Assembly (NCBI GenBank): GCA_002189035.1 | Contig: CM007992.1 | Coordinates: forward strand, 868,001-932,000 | Direction of reading: 5' to 3' | Source of the DNA: Utricularia gibba | Taxonomy: Eukaryota > Plantae > Magnoliophyta | DNA length: 64,000 nt | Part shown: positions 24,600 through 37,656 of the stretch, in pieces | Layout of the letters: every line of letters starts with the position of its first letter | Position numbering within the stretch: the stretch's first letter is position 1 | Notes under the pieces: generated by a model | What the model was told of the DNA's origin: nothing | The model's database searches: none | What the model saw: only the letters and a program-made list of their open reading frames with translations | Made by a program: the position numbers and the translations under genes

Positions 24600-27500
24600 A
24601 TGGTGAATGACAGTTACTTGGATTTCTGGATCTCGGTATCTGTTGTCGTCATTGTAGTTATCCAGGTAATTTCTCTCTGCCTTTTTCGTTTCCTGATTTC
24701 GCTTCTGGGATTCGGGATTTCTGATCGGTTAAATCCTGCTTTTAGTTCATTTTGGAATAGGGAACCTTGATTTTTATGGCTTGTAATTAATATACTGAAG
24801 AAACTGGAGAAAATTTTTGTCTTCTCCATTTGGATTCGTTGCTATTCATCGGAACTATTAATTTTCTCGTCTTTTATTGGGTGGTTTTTCGTTTCTTAAG
24901 TTGATCGGATCAGTGACTTTTGACTGATTTGATGATATCAGGTGATGAGTTTAGTTTCATTAAGTTGGGTGGTTATTTGCATAGGACAGCTTATGCAGTA
25001 CCCAGGCTTTTTCTTCTATCAAGCTTGTTGTTTTGTTTTAGTTTAAACCGACCCGCGTTGCGTATTGATACAGGCATCGTATCATGTACATGTGAGCGCA
25101 GAGCAGCCGCTGGTATCTGAACTGTAAGTTTCACATGCCTAAAATCATTGGTGTTTCTAATCTGTAATTTCTTATGTGCATTTTGTTTTTCTTTTTCTGG
25201 CCTCCTTTCAGTCAAAGCCGGAATGCCCAGTGTAATGGCTGCCATCGCTTCTTTGAGCAATCGGTACTGTCATCTTTCATAGTCACAATTTCATGAACTG
25301 ATGTCTCTTGGTTGAAATACATTTGTTGCCATGACTCTCCTTTTCTTCCATGTATGTGAACTCTCTACACTATAAATATGAGAGTTTTTCCAACTTATCT
25401 TCCCTAATGTTAGTGTACTAGTGCAATGTTTCCTGCTTCCTCTAATTTATGAATGCTCTCAGGATAGGAGGAACATCAGTTCTGCTACCCATCCTGGCAA
25501 GGTAGTTGCTGGAATTTTTTTTTTTTTTTTTGAGTAATGTACTTCAGTGATTTAGAATGCACTTGTACCAATATGATGCAGGATATCGAAATAATGCTAA
25601 CATACACTGACCCTTCTGGAGATTTTCGAGTCAGAAGTATAAGATCAAAGGACCTATCTGCATCCTGGGTGTGGAGAAGTCCTGGTGATCATGACAATGA
25701 GCCGACAAGGAGTTCAATGGTCACTTATCAATGTCTTCCCATACGCCATGTGTTCTTAAATTCTGGTTTCCATTATTGAAATACTCTTTTGTACTACAGC
25801 TTCCAGATCAATTTACAAAGATTGCTGATGCCGGTGATGAAGATTTACTTGGTGATCATCAATTCAAAGGTGAAAGGGTGCCATCACAAGCATCTCAGTT
25901 GCATCCAATAAAAGCTAAGAGGCAGGTGAAGTAGCTAGTATGAATGCGAAGACAGCATATTTTTTGACAGTCATCGTAAACCCTCCACTTGCCTCAGATG
26001 TTACGGAGAGAAAGGAGGGAGAGACGGTCTGCAGATTTGATAAACCAGGGTAAAAGGTTAGACAATCAGGTGCAGGAGGCAGCCATTAAACGAGCTATGG
26101 AGCTGGACACGACTGTCGTTGGTAAATATAACATTTGGAGGAAAGAGTATGAAAATCCCAACTCAAATTCCAATGTTAAACTTATGCGAGATCAGATCAT
26201 AATGGCCAAGGCATATGCTATGATTGCCAAGGCTAAGAATGAGACTGCGCTTTATGATTCTTTGATGAAGCAATCCACAGAAAACCAACTTGCCATTGGA
26301 GAAGCAACTATGGATGCTGAACTTCATCCCAGGTATGCAGGCTATGATCATTTGTTTATGTTGGGCATTGATTTCAATCTGTTTAGTTCCTCTTCTTTTT
26401 GCATTAGTGTGTTTGAAACAGCAAAAAACATGGGCCGCATCCTTGCTGCAGCAAAAGACCGGATGTATGACTGTGTTTCAATAGCAAGAAAGTTGAGGGT
26501 CATGCTTCAATCTAGTGAAAATAATTTGAATGCACTGAAGTCAAGAAGCTCATTTTTGGTGCAACTGGCAGCAAAAACTATCCCCAGGCCGTTGCATTGT
26601 CTTCCTTTAGTTCTGACAGTGGACTTTCACCTGCGCAATCTTGGAAAAAGAGATGATCTTGACAGGAAGAAACTTGAGGATCCTTCTTTACATCATTATG
26701 CTATCTTCTCGGACAATATACTTGCTACATCTGTTGTTGTGAACTCCACAATTCAACATGCAAAGAATCCTGAAAGACACGTTTTCCACATAGTCACGGA
26801 TAAGCTGAATTTTGCTGCTATGAAAATGTGGTTTCTAGTCAATGCTCCAGCTGGTGCAACATTTGAAGTCCAGAAAGTTGAAGACTTCACTTGGCTCAAT
26901 TCTTCATATTGCCCTGTCCTGCGTCAACTGGAGTCTGCTCGGATGATAGAATACTATTTCAAGGCACACCAATCTTCTACAGTGAATCCTGTCTCTGATA
27001 ATCTGAAATACAGGAATCCTAAGTACTTGTCCATGCTCAATCACCTCAGATTCTACCTCCCGGAAGTGTTTCCCAAGTTGGATAAGATACTATTCTTGGA
27101 TGATGACATTGTTGTTCAGAAGGATCTAACACCCCTCTGGTCAATAAATCTGCATGGGATGGTAAATGGTGCTGTTCACACATGCAAGGAGAGCTTCCAC
27201 AGGCTTGACAAATATCTCAACTTCTCAAACCCAAAAATATCAGAGAACTTTGATCCAAATTCGTGCGGTTGGGCTTATGGGATGAATGTGTTCGATTTGA
27301 GAGAATGGAGGAAGCACAACATCACTGGAATCTATCATCATTGGCAAGAGATGGTATGAACTGAACCTGTCACCTTCCCCATTATTCACATTGTATCCTT
27401 ATTTCAATTCGATGCTTTGCTGCTGCAGAACGTGGACAGGACTCTTTGGAAGCTTGGGACTCTACCCCCGGGGCTAATAACCTTCTACAACCTTACTTAT

Positions 27501-27707
27501 CCTCTGGATCGAAGCTGGCATGTACTGGGACTAGGGTACGACCCTGCTCTCAACCAAACAGAAATAGAGAAAGCTGCTGTGGTGCACTATAATGGGAACT
27601 ATAAGCCATGGTTGGATCTTGCGCTTACAAAGTACAAATCATATTGGTCCAAGTACGTTCACTTTGATAATTTCTACATCAAACTCTGTGGATTCACTGA
27701 TTCATGA
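24600..27707 (+). CDS. GAUT3: Galacturonosyltransferase (GT8), GAUT3-like, multi-exon
   Basis: LEDPSLHHYAIFSDNILATSVVVNST, KYRNPKYLSMLNHLRFYLPEVFPKLDKILFLDDDIVVQKDL, LWKLGTLPPGLITFY, HYNGNYKPW. The 5' exons (ATG 24600) are inferred from splice sites and are less certain. Confidence 0.88.
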
Positions 27708-28487
27708 AGGTAGTTTGAGATCAATGCTGCTGTAACTACGGATTCCTCATTCTTCAATAGAGCTTCCTAGAAAACAGGAGAAGCAAGGGACTATGCAGTC
27801 CCTCCCCGTACACATGAATCTCACATTGTAAATGTATTGGTGTGGTCGAAGCCAGTTCTTGTTGCTTCTCTGGCGAGTGGGCTATCGGGACCTAAAATGA
27901 AGTTTTTGGGTTTTTACTCAAGCTTAAAAGGCCGATATGAATATGGACGCAGATGGGATATACACAAGTGCTACAGTAGTTCTTATTCTACAGAACCCAA
28001 TAGTTCTAAATTGGTTTGGGTCCAATTTTAGGTTTGGAAACTTGAATCACAACTTTTTATTGGACTTCAGTTTTTAAAATTTTGAAGGAAAACTGGATTT
28101 TGGGTCGTAGAAATCATCTTCAAGGTTTCACCTTTTGATTCCCGGGCGTGGCGATGTAGAAACGCAGGGGCTCGTCACGCTTTTCTCTCCTCTTCTGTGT
28201 TGCAGCTTTTGCCCCAAGTTCAGGTTCTTCGGCGCTCTTGCTTTTATGGGTTGGTGCCAAAACGCCAAATTTGGAGCCAGCGCAGAGGAATTGGGGCTGC
28301 TGTTTGTGATCCCCTCTCCTGGTTCCATGATACGAGTAAAGCAAGTAGAAGCAATGCTCTGGGCGCTGCCTGGGAGGTAGTTTTCTGTGTTTCCCTGGCT
28401 TTGATGGGACACTGCGAGCTCAGCAGATGAAAATCTCGCTTCCTTCTTCCACCACCATTCCATCGGTCCGTGGTGCTCTGTGTGAGA

Positions 28488-31211
28488 ATGGCTATGGCAG
28501 GAAGAGATTTGCTTGCCAAAACCATCCTAAAGAATGCCAACAATCCGCGGCTTGCGTGGCTCCTATTCAAGCGCACTTGCCTCGATATCAACGATGGTAA
28601 TCGTGATGCCGCCATTGCTGGAGCTCAAGGTTTTCCCTCCTTACACCGCTCGGTGCATCTCATCCTCCCTGTTCTTATTCGCGCTCGGATGTTCTCCGAG
28701 ATTGATCATCTCTGCAACCATCTCCTCCGTTTGCCCACACCCCCACATGGCCTCCTGTATTCTATAGCCACGAAATTATCTAGGGCAGGGCATATTGATA
28801 AAGCAGCTTCCCATTTTCAGCGCCTCCGAGCTACTACACAATTGCAGTGCATTCCACCGTCAAGCACCTTCTACAATCTGCTTATTGAAGCTTCTTTCAA
28901 GGTCAATCATCTGGATTTCGTGTATTGGCTCTTCAAAGACATGGTCTTTTCAGGGGTGAAAACTCAAACATACACACTAAACCTTCTGATGAGGGGTTTA
29001 TGTGAGTTGGGTCAGCTGGAGAAAGCCCGCCACCTGTTTGAAAGAATGACCAAAGAGGGCGTTGAGCCGAATGCATATACATTCGGAATCTTGGCGCATG
29101 GGTATTGTAGACATGGGCTTGTTTCTCAAGGTTTGGAGCTTCTGGAAGTTATGAAAAGAAGGGGTGTTGCAGCAAATGCAGTGGTTTACAACACATTCAT
29201 TGCCAGTTTTTGTAGGAATGGTAATGATGATGAGGCAGAAAAACTGGTGGAGAGGATGAGGGAGGATGGAATCTCTCCAAATGTTGTCACCTTCAATATC
29301 AGGATTTCATCTCTCTGCAGGGAGGGAGGATAGTGGAAGCTTCAAGCATCTTTAGGGACATGCAGGGAAGTGAGTTGGGGTTACCAAGTCCCAATCTACT
29401 GACTCATAACTTGATGTTGAGAGGTCTTTTCAGTGAAGGGATGCTGGAAGAGGCACAATCATTGGTGATGTCTATGAAAAGCAATGATGTTTTTTCAAGT
29501 GTCAAGACTCTGAATGTAATATTGTTGGGTCTGATTAGGAACTCAAAGCTCATAGAAGCTCAGGCAGCTCTAAAAGACATGGCAAATGATGGACTGGAGC
29601 CAAATATATATTCATACAACATTCTGATTGATGGTTTATGCAAACATGGGATGCTGATGGATGCAAGGCGCATTTTTTGTTTGATGATTTCTTCTGGCAT
29701 CTCACCTGACATAGTTACTTACAGCACATTACTGCAAGGTTATTGCAGGAGAGGAAGGGAAGGCGAGGCGAGTAATCTTCTGAATGAGATGATCGCTTCT
29801 GGATACAGCCCAAATGCTTATACTTGCAATATCCTGCTGAATAGCTTGTGGAGAGGTGGCAAAACTGATGATGCAGAGAGGCTGCTGCAGAGGATGAATA
29901 AAGCAAGTGAGGGGCTGGATGTTGTGAGCTGCAACATTGTGGTTAATGGCTTATGCAAAAATAAGAAGGTTGACAAGGCAGTTGAGATACTAAATGAAAT
30001 GTGGACTCATGGGAGTGCTAGTCTTGGTGATCTTGGAAATTCATACATAGGTTTAGTGGATGAGAATAGGAAAAGATGCATACCTGATCTGATTACTTAC
30101 TCAACAGTGATAAATGGACTGTGCAAGGATGGGCGGTTGGAGGAGGCTAAGCAGTTGTTCATTGAGATGTTGAAAAGAAACCTGCTTCCAGATTCGACCG
30201 TATACGATATTTTTCTCTATAACCTGTGTAAGAAGGGGAAGCTGTCATCTGCCTTCAAGGTTCTGCAAGACATGGAGAGAAAAGGTTGTAAGCGGACTCT
30301 ACAGACATACCATTGCTTGCTGTATGGTTTAGGCAGCAAAAATGAAACCTTTGAGATGTTTGGTTTGCTGGATGAGATGAAAGAAAGAGGGTTTCTCCCA
30401 ACGTTCATACCTACAACATTGTCCTGAGATTCCTTTGCGAGGGAGGAAGAAGTGAAGAAGCAACTCTTCTTTTTGACGAGATGCTCCAGAGAGGGATAAC
30501 ACCGAACGTAGACTCGTTCAAGCTTTTCATCAAAACCTTTTGTGAGGCCGGAGAGTTCCGTCCAGCACTCGATGCTTTCGGCTTAGCCATCGACACATGC
30601 GGTGACAAGATGATACTGTACAGCATCATGTTCAACGAACTACTTGCTGCAGGGGAGGTATCAGAAGCACAGAAGCTTCTTGAATCCGCAGTAGAGAGGT
30701 GCTTCGATCTCACAAGCTTCAACTGCAGACCTTTTATAGAGAAGATGTGCACTGATGAGAAATCAGAATACGCATACAACATTCTGAAAGAAATGTACCA
30801 TAGAGAGTGTAAGTTTGATCCTGCGCTGTTCATGCCTCTGATTGACTATTTCTCCAAGCAGGGGAGTAAGAGGCAGGCTAATGAACTGACGGAGATGATG
30901 CTGGCAATGGACAACCAAGATCATGTTAGAAACAAGATGATTCATGGCGTACGACGACGAAAGGATGGCTTCTCCGATTTTCCGGCAACATTTCATGGGT
31001 AAGTAGAATCCTTCCTTCATTGGCTAAACTAGTTCTTGATCGTTCTAGGTATCCATTTTGTTGCTGCGCATCACCATTTATCTTGCCGCTGTTACTCTGA
31101 GGTGTTGTCTTGACATTTTTTGTGTCATCCCATTTGCCTTGACTCTGCAGAGATAATGGAACCACGGTTGCCATCAAAACACTGAAGCGAGTGCAGAAAG
31201 GCTGGGGTTAG
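28488..31211 (+). CDS. P-class PPR protein (At2g17140-like) interrupted in this sequence by two 1-bp deletions; short second exon 31151-31211
   Basis: Continuous PPR motifs over three successive frames; N-terminus LAKTILKNANNPRLAWLLFKR and C-terminal exon DNGTTVAIKTLKRVQKGWG match the family as recalled. Restoring two bases gives 857 aa plus stop. Confidence 0.85.
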
Positions 31212-32423
31212 GATCTCTGGGACAATGGTGCTGTCGTCTGAGTCGTATTGGGTTAATTCGAAGAGCTGCTTTTGCATTTCATGATGAAGGGTGTGTTTGC
31301 TCTCCTCCCTCCATCCATCAGTTGGTTCATCTTTTTCGGCTGGACAGCAGCACATTGCAGGCTACGTGGTGGCTGCTGCACAGCGAGTTGCCCTTCTTCT
31401 TCTTCCCCTGAAGCCATGGACAGTTTTCATGGTGAAAATCTCAGAAACCAGCAGTTGCCCTTTTCTGATGAATGCATCAGGGTCAAGAAGTTGGAGGAGG
31501 ATGTACTTGTCATGGACCGTTGATGTTGAATTTGCCGCAGCAGAAACGGCTCTCCCTCCCTGGATTAGAATGCAATCATCAAGTTCAGAATTCTGTCCAG
31601 AGAAGTGGGATGAAAGTGGTGATGCTTTTCAGATGGATGGATGCAGGTTTGGAGTCTTCGGAATTTGGCTGGCAACCGTATGTTGGTTACAGGAACATTC
31701 TTCCATTGCTAGTACATCATTACACGGAAGAAGAGAAGCCTCTGATCTACCAGTATCAACAGGAAATACATCCTCCTCCAATTCGGCAGCAAAGGAATAC
31801 TTGCGTACCTTGATCTCTCTTGTCAGGGGATCGTGGGAGCCGTTGCAGTGCACTGAAATGGCAAGTGAAAGGAAGATGATCCAAGGAACACGAAGAACTC
31901 GCAGTTCTGGATTTATTACCCCTCCATGGAAGCTTGAAATCTAGCAATATTCTGTTGTCTCCGGAGTATGAACCATTGCTCTCAGACGGTGGACTATCCA
32001 ACCCAGGCAGGGCACACAAATCCCCAGAGGCATTTCTGGTCGGGAATCATCGTTCTCGGCTGGAAATTTTCCATTACAACGCACAATCAAGGTGTAATCG
32101 GGAACAGATCTGATCCAGTCAGCGAGATCCGCCATCGCCGATGGAAGAGTCGCGAAGCTGCTTGATCCGGATGTCGTCAACACAAACACATCCGTCGACA
32201 AGACGGAGCAATTTCCACATATCGACGCTGCGTTGAAAGAAGTCAAGCGGCTAACCGACGGTGTCGGCGAACTTACCATTAGCCTCCGCCGGCGGCGTCG
32301 CAATCGCGGAGACACCGTATCCCCCAAACTATCACATTCCATTTCCCCGGGCCCTGCTTCGGCGGAGAGTTTCGCTTTCGAGATGGTCGTGGATGCGGTA
32401 GCCTCCATCCCGGGCCCCTGCAT
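31125..32423 (-). other. Unidentified stop-poor coding-like segment (possible pseudogene or orphan gene)
   Basis: One minus frame has only 3 internal stops over 433 codons; no family recognised. Confidence 0.3.
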
Positions 32424-33499
32424 CGGCGACGTCTAGTAGCCATAGCCACCAGTTCCTTCGGAAGCAAACAAATCATCAACTCTCGGTAGTCGTATTCCTG
32501 CTCGTCCACACGAGAAGGAGAGCTGACAGCTGGAAAGGAGCCAAACGGTAGTTGATGATTTCATTCTAAAATTTAGTTTTAATTTTTTAAAAAACATTTT
32601 TAGGGCGTGCTGCTGCATTCTCGAATGTTCGGGGAAAAAATGTCGAGCTTCTATTTCTTCCTTTAAAGAAGATTCGAGAAAAGATCTTGAAGAAGCGAGC
32701 CCCTATCTGAGAAAGCCATTGCTATATACGAGTGTTATTCCGTGAACCTCTAAGAAATGCCCAAAAAGTGTTCTATTCGTAAATAAAAAACATAGATCTT
32801 TTCTTTCAATATCTGTCTTTCTCTTGTCTCTTATATTTTTCGAAAAAGAAATGTATTTAAAAAAATAAGAATTGATTTTAAATTTTAACGTGGTCCAGAA
32901 TTTTATATTGATTATGATTTAGATAGAATGAGAATTATATAGATATGTTTTCTTTAATTTTATATTAATCTTTTTCTTTTTTTGAAAAAGAAGAATGTAC
33001 AATTATGAAAATTCAGTATTCAGAATGAATAATATTATGTAAGGAGAGGTTATTTTGTTATATTTGATATCAAAATTAAACTCAAGCTTATAATTAGTGG
33101 TAGTACAAACTTCAATGATTACCTTGATTTTCTGAGAATGATGGAAGGATACGGCCCAACAAAGTGTCTAAGCAATATTTTTTTTTGTTAGAATAATGAT
33201 ATTTAAAATAAAAATACTATTTAAAAAAAGATAAATATGGTAAGAGGAGTGGAGATTTCTTCATTAACAACGTTGTGGTGATGTAATGACGGGGCATTTA
33301 ATAAAAAAAAAAGCACATAAAGACAGGGAAATTTAAAAATGAGATAGGCTCGGAAGCGGGGCCCACTACCTGTTGGACTTATCTGAGCCATCCGATCCAA
33401 TCCGATTTCCAATTGGTGTTTTTTTTTTTCCACACACTCTCTCTCTCCTCTCTCTAATCAAAGGGAACTGGGGAGGGAGATAGAACGAATTGTCCCTCG

Positions 33500-35341
33500 A
33501 TGATGGGGACGCCGGCGCACGACTCCTCCGCCGCCGAGAAGCTGATTCTACGGTGGGATCCCAAAGCGGCTTCCGAGGAGGTCAGAGGGAAGATGATGCT
33601 ATTCAGCCTGGACCGAGAGGAAATCGACCGCTACCTAGACGCCGTCGACGAGTTGCAGAAATCCCTCCACTCCGCCGCCATCTCCTCCGACTCGCTTTCC
33701 ACCACGACGCTCCAGATCGCTATGGCTCGTCTCGAGGACGAGTTTCGTAGCATCCTCCTGTCCCATACTTCGTCTGTTCTCATCGAGGCCGACTCTTTTT
33801 CGGACTCCCTTCAGTCGGAGTTCGCGCCTCAGGACTTGGAATTGAAGGATGAGATCCCGGTGATCGACTTGGAGAAGCAATTTGATCATCAGGAAAGCAG
33901 CGTGAGTTCCTCCAGCAGTTACCGCCAGTCAACAAGCAGTATTCGCGAATTAGATCTTATCCCCAACGACGCCGTTTACGATCTCCGATGCATCGCCGAG
34001 CGGATGATTGCCGCTGGATACTCACGCGAGTGTATCCAAGTGTACGCTAGCGTCCGCAAACCTGCTGTGCAAGCCACCATGAAAGAGCTGGAGGTTGAGA
34101 AATTGAGTATTGGGGATATTCAAAGGATGGAGTGGAGAAACCTGGAGACCAAGATCCGGCGATGGATACGCGCAGCCAAGAACTGTATTCGAGTTCTCTT
34201 CGCCTCCGAACGGAGGCTCTGCGAGCACATTTTCGAAGGCCTGGGTTCCTCCACCGATGATGTTTGTTTCATGGAAACCATCAAGGGACCTGCCATGCAG
34301 TTATTCAACTTTGCTGAAGCCATCAGCATCAGCAAGAGATCGCCGGAGAAACTGTTCAAGATACTGGATTTGCACGATACCTTATCGGAGTTGATGCCAG
34401 ACATCCAAACTGTTTTTGATCTGAAATCCAGTGAATCCATCAGAGTGCAGGCAGCTGAGATATTGTCTCGGTTAGCAGAGGCTGCTAAAGGGATACTATC
34501 TGAATTTGAGAATGCTGTCCTTCATGAGCCTTCAAAAGTTCCGGTCCGAGGAGGAGCACTGCATCCATTGACCAGATATGTGATGAATTACATTGGTCTG
34601 ATCACAGAATATAAGCAGACTTTGGTAGAACAGATTTCATCCAGGCCATGGAACGAACCAAGGTACTCCGGAGGCGATACCGACGTGCCGGAAATGGACT
34701 TGTCGGAGTTCGAAGATGATGCTTCTTCAGTGTTGGCGCTTCACTTGATCTGGATCACTATGCTTCTGCGGTTTAATCTGGAGGAGAAGTCCCAGCATTA
34801 CAAGGATCCCTCTCTATCCCATCTATTCATGATGAACAATGTTCACTACATTGTTCAAAAGATTAAGGGGATGCCAGAGCTGAGAGAAATGATCGGAGAT
34901 GGTTACCTAAAGAAGCTCACAGGGAAATTCAGGCAATCTGCAACGAGTTACCAACGATCCACTTGGGTCCCTGTGTTGTCATGCTTGAGAGATGAAGGAC
35001 TCCATGTTAGTGGAAGCTTCTCTTCCGGGGTGTCGAAATCTGCGTTACGGGATCGATTCAAGAGCTTCAACGCCATGTTCGATGAGGTGCATAAAACTCA
35101 GGCAACATGGATCGTCCCTGATCTTCAGCTTCGTGAGGAGCTGAGGATTTCGATGTCTGAAAGGCTCATTCCAGCATACCGGTCATTCCTTGGAAGATTC
35201 AGAAGCCATATCGAGAGCGGGAGGCACCCAGAGAACTATATCAAGTATTCTGTGGAGGATCTTGAAGATGCACTCCTGGATTTCTTCGAGGGGAACTCAC
35301 TGTCTCAGCACACCAGAAGAAGATCAATGACCAGTTCTTGA
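33500..35341 (+). CDS. EXO70D: Exocyst subunit EXO70, D clade, intronless
   Basis: 613-aa ORF: AEKLILRWD, LQIAMARLEDEFRSIL, SKRSPEKLFKILDLHD, GGALHPLTRYVMNY, LFMMNNVHYIV, GRHPENYIKYSVEDLE. Confidence 0.95.
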   Translation: MMGTPAHDSSAAEKLILRWDPKAASEEVRGKMMLFSLDREEIDRYLDAVDELQKSLHSAAISSDSLSTTTLQIAMARLEDEFRSILLSHTSSVLIEADSFSDSLQSEFAPQDLELKDEIPVIDLEKQFDHQESSVSSSSSYRQSTSSIRELDLIPNDAVYDLRCIAERMIAAGYSRECIQVYASVRKPAVQATMKELEVEKLSIGDIQRMEWRNLETKIRRWIRAAKNCIRVLFASERRLCEHIFEGLGSSTDDVCFMETIKGPAMQLFNFAEAISISKRSPEKLFKILDLHDTLSELMPDIQTVFDLKSSESIRVQAAEILSRLAEAAKGILSEFENAVLHEPSKVPVRGGALHPLTRYVMNYIGLITEYKQTLVEQISSRPWNEPRYSGGDTDVPEMDLSEFEDDASSVLALHLIWITMLLRFNLEEKSQHYKDPSLSHLFMMNNVHYIVQKIKGMPELREMIGDGYLKKLTGKFRQSATSYQRSTWVPVLSCLRDEGLHVSGSFSSGVSKSALRDRFKSFNAMFDEVHKTQATWIVPDLQLREELRISMSERLIPAYRSFLGRFRSHIESGRHPENYIKYSVEDLEDALLDFFEGNSLSQHTRRRSMTSS

Positions 35342-35940
35342 GTGTCCAGCTGCCCTCTTAGAAGTGTCCGACACTCCCCACTATTCTTTGGATTCTTTGC
35401 CATGCTTCAATCTTGGGGGATGATTCAGCTCAAGATCCCCGGTACTGGCCTCCTCCGCATTGTAAGCTGTTTTATCGCACTTTGCTCATATGGGACTAGC
35501 AGTATTTGATACCAAATCTCCTGTATACTGCATGAACCAACAAAACCTCAGCCATGGATCTGTTGGGGTTTCAGCAAATACAGACTCTAATCAGCAACCT
35601 TCGTCGATTTCGGAAACCGGGCAACCAAACATTGACTGTAACTTGCTAGAAATATTAACATATGATTGAATGTAGAGACACTAAATAAGCAGCTTTAATC
35701 CATCATCATGGACTAAACACAACCTTTCTTGACTGGAATACATGGAAATGAATAATACAAAACTAGCATGGCATGGCAGATCTGACCTAATCCTTCAAAC
35801 TTCTCATCTCCATGTGAAAATTTTGAAGAAGAAGAAGAAAGTGGAGCAAACAGACTGTGGATCCAACTTCCAGAATCTGCTCATGCTTCGCTTGTTTCGA
35901 CGTATGCAGAAAGAAGAGAAGGGCAACTAGATTTTCTGCA

Positions 35941-37180
35941 TCAATCCATGTCAAGGAAGTCCATCCTCTTCTTCATTGTACCCTTGAGCTCCGAGGCTTC
36001 CCTATCAGCTTTCTGCGCCTGCTCCACGAAAGAGAAAAAGAAAACAGGGTCAGTAAGCCAACTGATTGGAGCCACTCTTAAAGATTACAACATCTCTCCT
36101 TCATAACAATGATACACCTAGAGTTCCAACTTTAAAAAAATTCATAATAAACCACTAAACAGTACGAAAAAGCGGATCGAATTCTAAGTTTACTTGACAC
36201 AAGTTTGCAAAAATTTAGTACAGAATAAGGCATTCGCTTGTGTTCGACATCTAAACAATAAGCATACAGAGAAACAAGAGTGAAATTTGCAGGATGTCAA
36301 CACAAGGAAGCAGATGCAGTACTAAAGCCTCCTCAATAGTGATGTATAGGATGCAAGATATCTGTCTTATAGAGGGAAGCTCACCCTTCTTATTTCAGCT
36401 TCAGAAACACGAGTCATATAAGGTGGTAGATCCTCCTTCTCTACGTCCTGAACAACATCAACAGAACCTTTGTAAGTTTAACAAGCTGTGTAAAAAAAAT
36501 GCTTCGGCTTTGCAAGGCAAGTTTGTCACTCACCAACTCCCCGATTAAGACAACATTTTCACCCCGGATTACATATAAACCCAATGGGATGTCACAATAA
36601 TGTTCTCCAACGATAATGCGCTCACACGAACCTTCTAGAACGGCATTGGCTACAATAGGACATCCATTCATCGTCATATTGCAGAAAGTAAGAAACAACG
36701 ACAATGAGAATGCATAGTACAATGCTAGAATTTTACCAAATTGATCAAAAGAACGAAGGATCCCAAGCAATTTTCGGCCATCACGTAGCAGTACAAGAAG
36801 TTTCTCTGCCAGAAAAAAGCACACATTTCCAACTTCAGAAACATTCCAAAACAGCATATGAGATTCATTAGCAAAAATGTCTCTTTTACATTCCCCAGAG
36901 CTTGTAAAAGCCCTCACACACGGCAACGAAACAACGAAGCAATCTTTCAACTACACTAGGGCCATAGTAATCTGATTTTGTTCAAAATATTACAACAAAA
37001 AAGGAAACAAATTGACCCACCAGTAGGCTATCATATTCACAGACCATCAAGTCCATATGCCTCGATCCGAAATACGAAAAATCCAGTGAAGAAAACATGG
37101 GAAGACAGGCAACACTTACTATCGAGATAACTGGCAAGAGATGTGGAGTGGTAAACATCTTCAGGACCCGCCCACGACAT
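35941..37180 (-). CDS. LSM1: Sm-like protein LSM1 (mRNA decapping), 5 exons
   Basis: [20 protein letters not shown]|[23 protein letters not shown]|[21 protein letters not shown]|[12 protein letters not shown]|AQKADRE..MDFLDMD*. Confidence 0.95.
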
Positions 37181-37656
37181 TTGTTCTTCAAATTAGAACA
37201 AGAATTCAAACTTTCCTCCGGCGTTTCCCCCAAAACACCACTGAAAAAAAATCTCAACGGGAGCAAATCTCAATCGCCGGGGCAACCTTCCGGCGCAGAA
37301 TCCGTACGCTCTTCGAACAAATCAATTGTTGGTAGTCCGTTTTAATCCTCCGTTTTAAAGTCCATTTTATCCTTTTACCCTCGTATTAACGTCTATATGA
37401 ACCCGACCCGACATACCAGTCCGGGTCCCGATAAACCCGACCCGCTACCATTGGTTTGAGAACATTGACCCGGTATTCAATACAAACCGGCTGCCAGGCC
37501 AATGAGCAAGATGTGGGAATGCATAGAGAGAGCAAACTGCAACTGCATCGTCCAGGTTGAAAGGAAAACAAATCGAAGCTCAAGACTGAGGCATTTGCCT
37601 CCACAACAAACAACGCCAAAAACTCACTGAAAGGTTTCCAAAAAGACTACTGTTCA

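Noticed and set aside
28135-28470. Overlapping ORFs upstream of the PPR gene as an N-terminal extension
   Set aside because: In-frame stop at 28428-28430 and no phase-compatible splice; treated as 5' leader.
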